Position numbers and translations under genes: made by a program. 64,000 nt of DNA. It comes from a virus (Duplodnaviria; Caudoviricetes). How positions within the stretch are numbered: position 1 is the stretch's first letter; the number at the start of each line of letters is the position of its first letter. This document shows, one piece after another, positions 17,964-26,786 of this stretch. Location of the stretch: positions 247,965 to 311,964 of the IMG/VR virus record IMGVR_UViG_3300042010_000129; one strand, written 5' to 3'. The notes under the pieces are model-generated. The model was not told the origin of the DNA. It was given only the letters and a program-made list of their open reading frames with translations, and made no database searches.

Positions 17964-18743
17964 TTAATCAGCGAAGAATTCTTCATCGCTTTGTTCGCGT
18001 TGGGCATTCAATTCACGTTGCCGCGCATCCTCTTTCAGGTAGCGTTTAAACAGAATAATTGCCCACGCTTCATTGCCATCGCGCCATTCGAGGATTGCCG
18101 GTGTAAAAGGCTTTTCCATAAGGAATGCCATATGGCGCAGGATTTGCGAATGGCGTTTACGCATAAACGATTCAATGTAATCCGGAATCTTGTGCGGTTC
18201 GTGCCGAAAGATTCGCAGCTTGACGTAACTGAATACCAACGCTTCCAGATTATCGTCTTCCATGAACTCGGTTGATTCGTGGAATATTGCAACGATTTTC
18301 TGTTTGTCGGCGGCACTGAAACGCATGATCTTGTCAGGATGCGACAGCTGTTTAATCATGCGGTAGATTTCATCAATCGCGATGGTCTGCTCTTCTTCCT
18401 TTTTCTTTCTTACAGGCTCATTCGGATTGTTTGGATCATACTCAATCTCTTCCTCAAAATATTCGTTGTCATCACGACGATTTTTATTCGGATCGAAATC
18501 GTCAAGGGCAGCGATCTTTGCTTTAATGATTCCCCGGCGCATATCCTCCGGTGGCAAATCCATATCCGCATCGACTTCCTCTTCGTCGTCGCCATCCTCT
18601 TCAATGCCGTCGCCCATACCACCGAGCGCGTGTTCGCATTGGGCGCTAAGCCAGCTGTAACCATGCTCAAGCATTTCAATAAACTTGTGCAGGTTCTCTT
18701 CGTCGGTTTTGATTTCTTCGAATTTCTTGAGTGAAATTGTCAT
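17964..18743 (-). CDS. J-domain-like protein (259 aa)
   Basis: IDEIYRMIKQLSHPDKI: HPD motif after an amphipathic helix. Confidence 0.55.
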   Translation of the reverse strand: MTISLKKFEEIKTDEENLHKFIEMLEHGYSWLSAQCEHALGGMGDGIEEDGDDEEEVDADMDLPPEDMRRGIIKAKIAALDDFDPNKNRRDDNEYFEEEIEYDPNNPNEPVRKKKEEEQTIAIDEIYRMIKQLSHPDKIMRFSAADKQKIVAIFHESTEFMEDDNLEALVFSYVKLRIFRHEPHKIPDYIESFMRKRHSQILRHMAFLMEKPFTPAILEWRDGNEAWAIILFKRYLKEDARQRELNAQREQSDEEFFAD

Positions 18744-19609
18744 AGCATGTCCATCAAGTCGGCCTTGTCACTGCGTTTGCTATTCAACATAAAAGCAAAC
18801 TGCATTGGCATTCGCATTTTCTCCGCAAAGAACGTAACCGGGTCGCACCCGTTCACTACAACGATTCGCGGAATGTTATCGTATTTCTCCAGAAGGTCAC
18901 GCACCTTCTCAAGCTTGTGCGGCGTGGAATCCGGCCCCACGTTTGCAATGATCAACATCGAAATATTGCGTCGTTGTTTTTCATCGCGTAATTCGTCTTG
19001 ATACCCGCCCATGACACGGTGCCAAATCGGAAGCAGTTTCCCTTTGTGCGAACCGGATCGCTGCTGATCAATGGCGGCATCCATGATGCTCATTGCCATA
19101 AACTTTGCGCGTTCATCGGTAGCCATGGAACCAATGCCGATAATGGGCGAACCATGCAGCGGATTTGTCAGCATGCGATAACAGGATTCAATCTGTCGCT
19201 TCACACTGGTTTTTGCAATCTGGTAATCCTCCGGCAACCATTTCGGCACCATCGGAGTAATGGAGACAAGCGCGTCATCTAGCAGGAACGGGCTGCGCAT
19301 TACTTGCAATGCGGTGCCGTCCACGCCTTGAGCTTTCAGCAGTTTTACACGATCCGATTCAAACCGGAATTTCAGAGTCGGTGCAGGCATCCGTGCTGGT
19401 GCCGATACTTTCCCTTTCGGTTTTTTAATGCTGTTTACTTTCTCCACTACGGCGCGTTTACGCGGCTTGATGGAACTGACTTTTTCTTGCTCCTTGCTGG
19501 CCTCTTCTTCCAACCGCTCGAACTTCAATTTCTTGAGCGGTTTTTCTTCCTTAAATTTCAGTTCCGAGGACAAGCTGCGTTTCTTGACTGGCTTCAATTC
19601 CTTTGCCAT
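18740..19609 (-). CDS. Hypothetical protein; Lys-rich N-terminus, possibly a degenerate P-loop/helicase-loader-like fold (289 aa)
   Basis: Alpha/beta pattern (PIIGIGS...SMLIIANVG...PRIVVVNG) but no intact Walker A. Confidence 0.45.
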   Translation of the reverse strand: MAKELKPVKKRSLSSELKFKEEKPLKKLKFERLEEEASKEQEKVSSIKPRKRAVVEKVNSIKKPKGKVSAPARMPAPTLKFRFESDRVKLLKAQGVDGTALQVMRSPFLLDDALVSITPMVPKWLPEDYQIAKTSVKRQIESCYRMLTNPLHGSPIIGIGSMATDERAKFMAMSIMDAAIDQQRSGSHKGKLLPIWHRVMGGYQDELRDEKQRRNISMLIIANVGPDSTPHKLEKVRDLLEKYDNIPRIVVVNGCDPVTFFAEKMRMPMQFAFMLNSKRSDKADLMDML

Positions 19610-19645
19610 CAGAGTGTCCTGTAGTGTAGGTGGATGGATACTGTT

Positions 19646-19657
19646 TATTTACAGTAT
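19646..19657 (-). promoter_or_regulatory. ATACTGTAAATA motif
   Basis: 37 nt upstream of the 19609 start. Confidence 0.6.
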
Positions 19658-19797
19658 TTGGACGCGCTGTAGCCCCTGTGAGAGCGAGCGCAGGAACGGC
19701 AAGCACACTGCCCTCGAATGCCTGCCGCGCAAGGTAGATTCCCATTTCTTCCATCTGGATTTCAGGCCAGCCATTTGGCGGCATGCTGCAACCACGA

Positions 19798-20142
19798 TTA
19801 AGATTTTGCATGGTAGGCCACCATTTGATCGCGCAAGTCTTCCGCGTATTCTTTCGAAACTTCCTGTTCACGACCGTCCGCATAAGTGACGATGTATTTC
19901 GGACATTGGCCGCTGTCTGGATCGAAACGAATTTCCGTCACGAAATCCGAACGCGGAATCGGATGCGTCGTGATGATGATTCCGCCACCGCCCGTGTATT
20001 GAACTTCTTCACCGGGCCGCAGCACTGGAACCATGCGGGACATTTGCCCGCGTGGCATTACCCGAATGTAATCGAGTTCGCGCTGTACGAATTTACCGTC
20101 GGCACATACATTCAGCATTTGCGGTTCGTGTTCCAGTTCCAT
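19798..20142 (-). CDS. Hypothetical protein (114 aa)
   Basis: GAGGTG SD. Confidence 0.55.
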   Translation of the reverse strand: MELEHEPQMLNVCADGKFVQRELDYIRVMPRGQMSRMVPVLRPGEEVQYTGGGGIIITTHPIPRSDFVTEIRFDPDSGQCPKYIVTYADGREQEVSKEYAEDLRDQMVAYHAKS

Positions 20143-20380
20143 ACATCACCTCGTCAAAAGGGTGCGGAATATCAAAAGTTTTCAGAGCCTGACGCATGCC
20201 CGCATCAAAGCCCGATGGGTCAATGCCGCTCGAATCGCACTCAGCCCACAACCGATTATTTTCCATCATGTTGTGTTTTCCGTACTTGCGCAATTCGGAA
20301 CGAACATAGGCAACACCCGCATCGAAGTCTTCTTCGTAATTGCGGATGCCAAAAAGTTTACGCAGTATTTCCTTTATCAT
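20093..20380 (-). CDS. Hypothetical protein (start uncertain)
   Basis: Coding-strand ORF; start MIKEIL chosen to minimise overlap. Confidence 0.4.
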   Translation of the reverse strand: MIKEILRKLFGIRNYEEDFDAGVAYVRSELRKYGKHNMMENNRLWAECDSSGIDPSGFDAGMRQALKTFDIPHPFDEVMYGTGTRTANAECMCRR

Positions 20381-20684
20381 AAGTCGGTGTCCCATCGACG
20401 CACTTTGGCCGATTTTCAGGGAACGCAGGATCATCGAGAACTCGAATAATTCCGGCGTCGAACCAAGTTGACCACTGCCCACATTTCCCGCATTTAAGTT
20501 GGTCGTGTTGCATGGTGGGTGTATTTGCTTTCATATCTGCCCAGCAATTGTCGGGCATGTTGGAGTCCCACGTCTTGCAATGTGGGCAGCACTGCGAAGA
20601 ATAGCGCTGTTCACCAATCACTTTTCGTTCGCCACGTTCGGCCCAGCTTTTGAGCCATTTATAAAAACGCTTACGAATTGCCAT
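20358..20684 (-). CDS. Zinc-ribbon protein (108 aa)
   Basis: CPHC and CGKC pairs. Confidence 0.55.
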   Translation of the reverse strand: MAIRKRFYKWLKSWAERGERKVIGEQRYSSQCCPHCKTWDSNMPDNCWADMKANTPTMQHDQLKCGKCGQWSTWFDAGIIRVLDDPAFPENRPKCVDGTPTYDKGNTA

Positions 20685-20942
20685 TTAGCATTCCTTCAGT
20701 TTTTTAGTCGTGGCTGCGATAGCCCGGTTACGATGTTTTGCGGCCCGGCGTTCGGCGCGATTACCTGCCGGGTGTGCCTTACCAATGATCGGTGCAGGCA
20801 GCAGCGCCGCAACATCTTCCCCCGCATCCCGACGTGCCTGCAATTCTTTGAAATGCTGCAAACGGTCGCGTGCCTCTTCTGCCGTTAGTTGCAATATTTC
20901 TGCGTCGGTCAACATTCGTGTGAAATGCGGATCAGGATTCAT
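20685..20942 (-). CDS. Hypothetical protein (85 aa)
   Basis: C-terminal GNRAERRAAKHR. Confidence 0.55.
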   Translation of the reverse strand: MNPDPHFTRMLTDAEILQLTAEEARDRLQHFKELQARRDAGEDVAALLPAPIIGKAHPAGNRAERRAAKHRNRAIAATTKKLKEC

Positions 20943-21182
20943 TTATTTTCCCCGGTGTTTCATTGCACGACGTTCAGCACGGTTCGGCTTGCGGCCACGC
21001 GTGAACAATTCGTTGGTGTTTACCGCCACCAGATCCGGGTTCAACATCTTCAGAAATTTCATACCGGCTTCCCGATCCGTTGCCATCAGTTGACGCAGGG
21101 AATCAGCGAGCGCTTTTTCCTGTTCTTCTTTCGACATTTTCAGGATATCTTGCTCGGTCAGTATTCCTTGTTTTTCTTCCAT
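20943..21182 (-). CDS. Hypothetical protein (79 aa)
   Basis: C-terminal PNRAERRAMKHR. Confidence 0.55.
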   Translation of the reverse strand: MEEKQGILTEQDILKMSKEEQEKALADSLRQLMATDREAGMKFLKMLNPDLVAVNTNELFTRGRKPNRAERRAMKHRGK

Positions 21183-22840
21183 TTCGATTTTCTCTCAGCC
21201 TTGTTTTCGTTGTTCCGCTTTTTGATGCCAGCACTCAGTTTGCCGAACATCCCGCCGAACATGCTTTGCCCATCGTTGTGTGCGACTTTGGAAACTACGA
21301 CTTCCTGTTCTGGATCGAAGTCTTCGCCAATATCCCGCTTAACATTTCGCAGCCATTGTTTCATCCGCTCTTCAGCGACTTCGGTTGGCTGGTGTTTAAA
21401 TTCAATCGCCTGCTTCCACGTGTTCGCGCAATATTTCAATGAGGCCTGCGCGCCAGTATCCACGAAGAAACGAATCACCGGTTGGCGCTTGTCCGGATCA
21501 GGCGTCAAAATACGCGAACTTTCCTGTTTCCAGTTTGGCTCGTTATTCATCGGCATGACGTAGTACAGGCACGACCACGGTTTGATGTTGATACCACGTT
21601 GCAGCAATCGACGGATACCGACAACCACGCGAATTTTCCGCTCGGATGCCAGCTGTTTAATCCGGTCACGATCCAACTTGTTTTTCTTGCCACCGCCACC
21701 AACGAACGCGGCTGCGACTTCGTAACCGACAATCGTATTTACACGTTTGACGATTTCGAAAATGTGATCTTTGAAATGGCAGGGAATCACGATGCTGTGC
21801 CCGGCCTCAAGGTCTTTCAAAATCCACTGGATAATGAAATCGTTTCGCTTCTTGTTATTCGCCAGCGATTTACCCAGCTTCACAAAGCCCGGCTTGCCTT
21901 TGAACACACCTTTCGATTTCATGCCGGTATCGACGGCGAGCATTTTCGCCACCAACTGCGCACGCAGGATTTTGGATTTGACTTCACCGATTACAAGCGT
22001 GGTGATTTTGTCTTTTCCGTCCTTACGTTTTTCCGTACCGGTACAACCGAAACGGTAACGCATTTTCAGATTGTTCATGACGTTTGCAAACTCCGGGGCG
22101 CCGGTCGCTTGCACTTCGTCCACTACCACAGTGCCGAACGTTTTGTTGCAGGCCTTCAACAGCTTGCGGCCATTCTTGCTCAGAAAACTTTGGTAGGTGA
22201 TGATCCCGATTTGAATGTCTTCGAGGTCTTCGATTTTCTTGATAAAACCGTAAAGCTTTTTGCCTGTCTTTTCCTGCAATGCTGGCAGGTTGGTAGACTC
22301 TTCGATATCCCCGATGAACTGATTCAGGAAGTCGTATTGGTCGGCCATCAACAGGACTTTGTGTCCGAGTTCAATTGCCAGTTTTAATGCAGTAAGCGAT
22401 TTACCGGAACGGGGCGGAAGCACGAAAAGGCCGTACTTGGCCTCTTTCATTCGCTTAACGGTTTTCACCTGATAGCTGAACCAGTCGCGGTCTTCGCCAA
22501 GGTTGATTTTTACTTTGTAATCGAAGGGAGAACGAGTGCGCTTATCAACGATTTTGTAATCGTCGAAATCAATGCGCATTTTTGCTTCGATGTTTTGCCG
22601 GTCGCCCAGTGGCAGGCCGATGTACTCTTTATTCCCGATTACAGCGGGCCGGGCCAGCCGGTACGAACCGTTAAAGTTCTCGCAACCCTTACAGGCTGCT
22701 ACCGGGCGTTCTGGCCGTAGCTCGCAACTTCGACAACCCTGATCGGAAAAGAAGTCATGAGAATATTCCTTCGTGACTAGCCTTTCCTTCAGGTCGAATT
22801 TCGGAATGTACATCTTATCCGATACGATTATTTTTCCCAT
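21158..22840 (-). CDS. Superfamily 2 DNA helicase, UvsW-like (560 aa)
   Basis: Motif I PPRSGKS, II VVDEVQ, III GCTGT, V LQRGINI, VI QESSRILT. Confidence 0.85.
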   Translation of the reverse strand: MGKIIVSDKMYIPKFDLKERLVTKEYSHDFFSDQGCRSCELRPERPVAACKGCENFNGSYRLARPAVIGNKEYIGLPLGDRQNIEAKMRIDFDDYKIVDKRTRSPFDYKVKINLGEDRDWFSYQVKTVKRMKEAKYGLFVLPPRSGKSLTALKLAIELGHKVLLMADQYDFLNQFIGDIEESTNLPALQEKTGKKLYGFIKKIEDLEDIQIGIITYQSFLSKNGRKLLKACNKTFGTVVVDEVQATGAPEFANVMNNLKMRYRFGCTGTEKRKDGKDKITTLVIGEVKSKILRAQLVAKMLAVDTGMKSKGVFKGKPGFVKLGKSLANNKKRNDFIIQWILKDLEAGHSIVIPCHFKDHIFEIVKRVNTIVGYEVAAAFVGGGGKKNKLDRDRIKQLASERKIRVVVGIRRLLQRGINIKPWSCLYYVMPMNNEPNWKQESSRILTPDPDKRQPVIRFFVDTGAQASLKYCANTWKQAIEFKHQPTEVAEERMKQWLRNVKRDIGEDFDPEQEVVVSKVAHNDGQSMFGGMFGKLSAGIKKRNNENKAERKSKWKKNKEY

Positions 22841-22852
22841 GCACTCACTTCG

Positions 22853-23296
22853 TTAAAACTTCGGATAAAGGTGGCGGTATTCCTCCGTCATACTGAATTC
22901 GCTACCGATGTGAATATTGAAACGATATTCGCTGTCGGCGGTCATCCTGTTAACGCAGTCGATCAAGTCTTTGGCGGGCCAGTTACGGGCGTAAACATTC
23001 ATGCGGGTACGTGGTGTATTTACAGTCTCCAGCGCCCGCACACAATGCAGAAAAACTTCGTCGAGATTGGTGTAGGTCGCGACCACGATTGCAGGGCAAC
23101 CTTTGTGGAAAAGCACCGGAACAATCGGATCATCTTCCGAAAACAATTCGTGATGATCGCCGGTTTTAAATTGCTGCATCGTCGTGTACAAAGTCCACGA
23201 TGGTTTCGGGCCGGGCAGCATCACCACGGGCGGCGAGCTATTCGGGAAACCTTCCTGCGGCGTCCAAACGATTTTATCCATTGAGGTACGCCCCAA
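22853..23296 (-). CDS. Hypothetical protein (147 aa)
   Basis: Coding-strand ORF in an operon-like array. Confidence 0.5.
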   Translation of the reverse strand: MGRTSMDKIVWTPQEGFPNSSPPVVMLPGPKPSWTLYTTMQQFKTGDHHELFSEDDPIVPVLFHKGCPAIVVATYTNLDEVFLHCVRALETVNTPRTRMNVYARNWPAKDLIDCVNRMTADSEYRFNIHIGSEFSMTEEYRHLYPKF

Positions 23297-23597
23297 GAAT
23301 CGGATTGTGTGCCAGCGTGATTTGCGGCAGTTCGGTAAAAGTGAAGTTTTGCGCAGCCCGGATAATTCCGTGATTCGCCAACTGCAATTCGAACACGATG
23401 AACGTTCCGTCCGGATAACGCGCAGCCGTGTTACGCATCAGCTGATACAGATCGGTCGGCGTATCCATTTGGTGTTGGTACACTTCGTGGAATTGGTCGC
23501 GGCAATGGCTGAACATACTGCGCAGGGTATCGGGATGCGTCGTGTGGTCATGCACCACAACCAGCACGCGCTTTGTCGTTACGGTCGTCACGTTCAT
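23274..23597 (-). CDS. Hypothetical protein (107 aa)
   Basis: Coupled ORF. Confidence 0.5.
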   Translation of the reverse strand: MNVTTVTTKRVLVVVHDHTTHPDTLRSMFSHCRDQFHEVYQHQMDTPTDLYQLMRNTAARYPDGTFIVFELQLANHGIIRAAQNFTFTELPQITLAHNPILGAYLNG

Positions 23598-23908
23598 TTC
23601 ATACCGCCAATCATTTTCCGTTGATAATTGTCCAGTTCAAACACGACGGACAGCCCACGTTCCAGCAGCGCGAAAACAATCCCGCGCAACATGCTCAGGT
23701 CTTCGGTATATACCGCAACCAGTACAGGTTCCTTTGAGGCATTTGTGTACTCTGCAATTTCGTCATGAAACTGTTGAAGGTCGTCGGTCGAACCTTCGGT
23801 ATCCAGCATGATAATGCTGTTACACCGATTAATGCGAGTGCCGAGATAGCGCTCGTAAAGTTCGTCGTTGGAAACTTCTTTTTCTGCGTACACAAATGCC
23901 GTGTTCAT
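23594..23908 (-). CDS. Hypothetical protein (104 aa)
   Basis: ATGA-coupled ORF. Confidence 0.5.
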   Translation of the reverse strand: MNTAFVYAEKEVSNDELYERYLGTRINRCNSIIMLDTEGSTDDLQQFHDEIAEYTNASKEPVLVAVYTEDLSMLRGIVFALLERGLSVVFELDNYQRKMIGGMK

Positions 23909-24450
23909 AGGATTACTTGCTCCGGTCTAGAAAGGACTTTAATGACCTCGACAAGGTTCTTAAACATAAAGCCTGCCTTGTCGATATCTTCGATAACAAT
24001 GCTCGCGGATTTCTCCAGCGTTTTTACTTCGTCGTAGAAGTCGTAGAAGTCACGCATCACGGCTTCCACAAATGCTTTACGTTCAGCCTGTGCGCCGACG
24101 CGTTTCAAAGTGTCGCCGTATTCGGCACACAGATAATCGCGCAGCTTCGACAGCGTGCGTTCCATGGCGTTGCTGATCTTCGTACATTGTCCGAGGATTT
24201 CAGCGCAACGGCTGCGCGTGGATTGGTCTTGCAACATCGCTTCACAAACTTTTTCAGGGAATGAACGCGTGCGTTTGCGTTTCAGTTCGCGGGTCAGTCG
24301 TGTGGTGTGAAGGCGTTGCAATTCTTCGTGGTATTCTTCGAAGTCGATGTTATACGCCGGGTTGCCCCGGAAGTTTTCGAGGAATTGCTGATAGCGCTGA
24401 TTCTTTTTAATCACGCGCCGCATTGCCTTCAACTCTTCACGATTACTCAT
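23905..24450 (-). CDS. All-helical coiled-coil protein (181 aa)
   Basis: Heptad-like helical sequence; function unknown. Confidence 0.55.
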   Translation of the reverse strand: MSNREELKAMRRVIKKNQRYQQFLENFRGNPAYNIDFEEYHEELQRLHTTRLTRELKRKRTRSFPEKVCEAMLQDQSTRSRCAEILGQCTKISNAMERTLSKLRDYLCAEYGDTLKRVGAQAERKAFVEAVMRDFYDFYDEVKTLEKSASIVIEDIDKAGFMFKNLVEVIKVLSRPEQVIL

Positions 24451-24826
24451 TCACGTCCTCTTCCGGCGCCAGTTGCGTGCCGAAGTGTCCCGACATTGTG
24501 ATGGTGATTTCCGCAACGCTCAACACGAATTCTTGATTGATTTCGGTCAGGTTGGAATATTCAGGCTCGGCCCACGGAAAGATCCGCCAGTTCTCGCGAT
24601 ACCAGATACCGGCCTCGAAAGGTTCCGCGTCCTCTTCGCTTTCGAACTGTGCGCGATGTTCGTAAACAGCTTCGCACAATTCACGGATCGAATCGGTATA
24701 ACGTTCGCGATCCACTTCCGTTTGCTGATCCCAGTTCGGGTAATGCTTGATCCCGCAAACCTTGGCAAACGTGTAGATCATCGAACACAAAAGTTCTGCG
24801 TGTTCGGGTTCTTCGAAGTAGCGCAT
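24443..24826 (-). CDS. Hypothetical protein (127 aa)
   Basis: Coding-strand ORF. Confidence 0.5.
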   Translation of the reverse strand: MRYFEEPEHAELLCSMIYTFAKVCGIKHYPNWDQQTEVDRERYTDSIRELCEAVYEHRAQFESEEDAEPFEAGIWYRENWRIFPWAEPEYSNLTEINQEFVLSVAEITITMSGHFGTQLAPEEDVNE

Positions 24827-24827
24827 T

Positions 24828-25274
24828 TTATGTGGCCTCAGTCACAAGGTAAGGGGAAACCGCGTTGCCGCTGATTGCCAGTACCGAACCTGCTGTGCTT
24901 TTGAATAGTTGGAGTTTTTGTCGGTGCGACGTGATCGGGTGCGGGCGGTAGTCGTGTTTCTCTTTTTTGTTGCAGGAAATAATCAACTTGTGCGCCGCAA
25001 GCTCAACCTTTGACACGTCCGTGATAACGAACAGATGGCCGTAAATGGAACGACGTTTATTCACGAAGTTATACATTTTACAGAATCTGTTCAGTACCTC
25101 GGGATTTTCGTAGTCGATCATGACAGGCTGATCAACCAACTGGCGAAAGAACAGTCCGATATGGTGGCCGTCGTGGGCCGTGCCGAAATCTTCGAACGTA
25201 TCAACTTGAGCGACCGTATGACTGAACGTATCGGCCAAGCTGAAAATCGGACTGATATTACTTCGCTTCATCAT
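24828..25274 (-). CDS. Hypothetical protein (148 aa)
   Basis: Coding-strand ORF. Confidence 0.45.
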   Translation of the reverse strand: MMKRSNISPIFSLADTFSHTVAQVDTFEDFGTAHDGHHIGLFFRQLVDQPVMIDYENPEVLNRFCKMYNFVNKRRSIYGHLFVITDVSKVELAAHKLIISCNKKEKHDYRPHPITSHRQKLQLFKSTAGSVLAISGNAVSPYLVTEAT

Positions 25275-26400
25275 AGGTGCCGACCAACGTTAACGTTCCG
25301 TCATCGACTTTCGTAACGAGGCGATAGGCAGACATTGCGCCCGGCACCTTGTAGAAATTCATGTCGATTTCAATACCGGAAACTTTGTTGAAAAGATCCA
25401 TGAAAATACGTGGGTCAACACGAATGTCCATGGGTTTGCCTGTCACGTTCGCTTTGAATTCGTCGGATACCTTGCCGCCCTTACCCTGCACGCTCATGAT
25501 CGTTTTGCCTTTGCTGAAAGCGAGCGCCATTTTCGTTTCGCCATCGGAAAGAACCGACATATTCGAAACGGCAGAGACTGCTTTCGTGTCAAAGGTCATT
25601 GCGCTCATGACTTTCATTTCATCCAGCGCTTTGTTGTACTGCACCGCCTGCCCCACTTCGCCATAAATCAACTGGCCTTCGGGAATCGACACGGTGAAGT
25701 CAGCACCAGTTGCACGGAACCGACCAGAGTCTACCGAGAAACTGATTTTATCCGCCTGAATGAATTTCTCGATTACGCTGAATGCCTTGGCGGGCAATGC
25801 GCTTTTCAACGGCGTCGAGTTTTTCACTTTGGTTTTGAACAGGGCGACGTGGTGTTCATCATGGCAATAAACGCGCATGATTTTTTCACCGATTTCAAAG
25901 ATGATCGGGAGTTCCGATGCACCGTAGAAGTCGGTCAGACGCACACGCTTTACCGCATCGCGCAATTTGGTCACAACGTCTTTTGGCATCGGATCAGTCT
26001 TGCGCCCGACCAACTGGTGTTCGAGCATTTGAATGTCGTCGGCGTCGAATTCCGTCACGTTCAGTTGCGCTTTGAAATTGCCTTTCTTTTCCTTGAAAGC
26101 GATTTGACCGCCCCCAGTTTTGAACAGGCAATCGGCCCGTGTTTTCAGCAGACCAATCAGCGTCGGCGCGTCGATTTTCACGGTGCCCGATTTGGTAGCT
26201 TCGCCGGGGATCTTGGCACAGGCCAGCGCGTCAGTTGACGAACCGATCAGGTAAATACCTTTGCCCTTCTGCGTAGCCAGAACGAATTTCGCATCGTCCG
26301 CTTTGATGTACGTTGTCACGTTAATGATGTTGGAAAGTGTGGTGGCAAATTCTTTGCCGTTACACTCGAATTCCAGTTCGTTGCCTTCGATCAATTTCAT
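25258..26400 (-). CDS. Probable sliding clamp, DNA Pol III beta-like (380 aa)
   Basis: Size matches beta clamps; three-fold helix/strand pattern (e.g. KLRDAVKRVRL, VDPRIFMDLF); near polA, with a DnaX-like loader in the same window. Confidence 0.55.
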   Translation of the reverse strand: MKLIEGNELEFECNGKEFATTLSNIINVTTYIKADDAKFVLATQKGKGIYLIGSSTDALACAKIPGEATKSGTVKIDAPTLIGLLKTRADCLFKTGGGQIAFKEKKGNFKAQLNVTEFDADDIQMLEHQLVGRKTDPMPKDVVTKLRDAVKRVRLTDFYGASELPIIFEIGEKIMRVYCHDEHHVALFKTKVKNSTPLKSALPAKAFSVIEKFIQADKISFSVDSGRFRATGADFTVSIPEGQLIYGEVGQAVQYNKALDEMKVMSAMTFDTKAVSAVSNMSVLSDGETKMALAFSKGKTIMSVQGKGGKVSDEFKANVTGKPMDIRVDPRIFMDLFNKVSGIEIDMNFYKVPGAMSAYRLVTKVDDGTLTLVGTYDEAK

Positions 26401-26786
26401 TGTAAGGAATATCCGAAAATAGGTGCGTGATCATAACCGATCAGCTGGATTAACAGGCTCAGTTCGCCAGTCTCAACGCATTGTGCCACCACATCCTGCC
26501 ACGCGAAAACCAATTTGAATTTCGTGAGTACCTGACCTTCCAAAATATCCAGAAGTTCATCCACTGATTCTTGGTTCGCGTAGACAGGCATATCGGTGTC
26601 GTCGGCCTGAAGGTTGCGAATCAACTGCTGCAAGAATTGGCACAGGTCGGAAAGGCGCGGATCATTAATGTCCGCACCAATCACCGTTGCCGAAAACTGC
26701 GTGATAAGCATACCGGAAACGTCTACGCCTTCGCCGTGATTTTCACACCCTGACTCTTCCAGAATTTCTGCTGTTTCAAAGCCCAT
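26397..26786 (-). CDS. Hypothetical acidic protein (129 aa)
   Basis: Coding-strand ORF between polA and the clamp gene. Confidence 0.45.
   Translation of the reverse strand: MGFETAEILEESGCENHGEGVDVSGMLITQFSATVIGADINDPRLSDLCQFLQQLIRNLQADDTDMPVYANQESVDELLDILEGQVLTKFKLVFAWQDVVAQCVETGELSLLIQLIGYDHAPIFGYSLQ

Noticed and set aside
19638-19657. Palindrome ATACTGT-N6-ACAGTAT resembling a LexA SOS box
   Set aside because: Spacing is CTG-N8-CAG rather than CTG-N10-CAG, and the other copies of the motif lack the second half-site; treated as a promoter motif.
19551-19883. 110-aa minus-strand ORF
   Set aside because: Overlaps both neighbours, contains the promoter motif and has no clear SD; doubtful as a gene.
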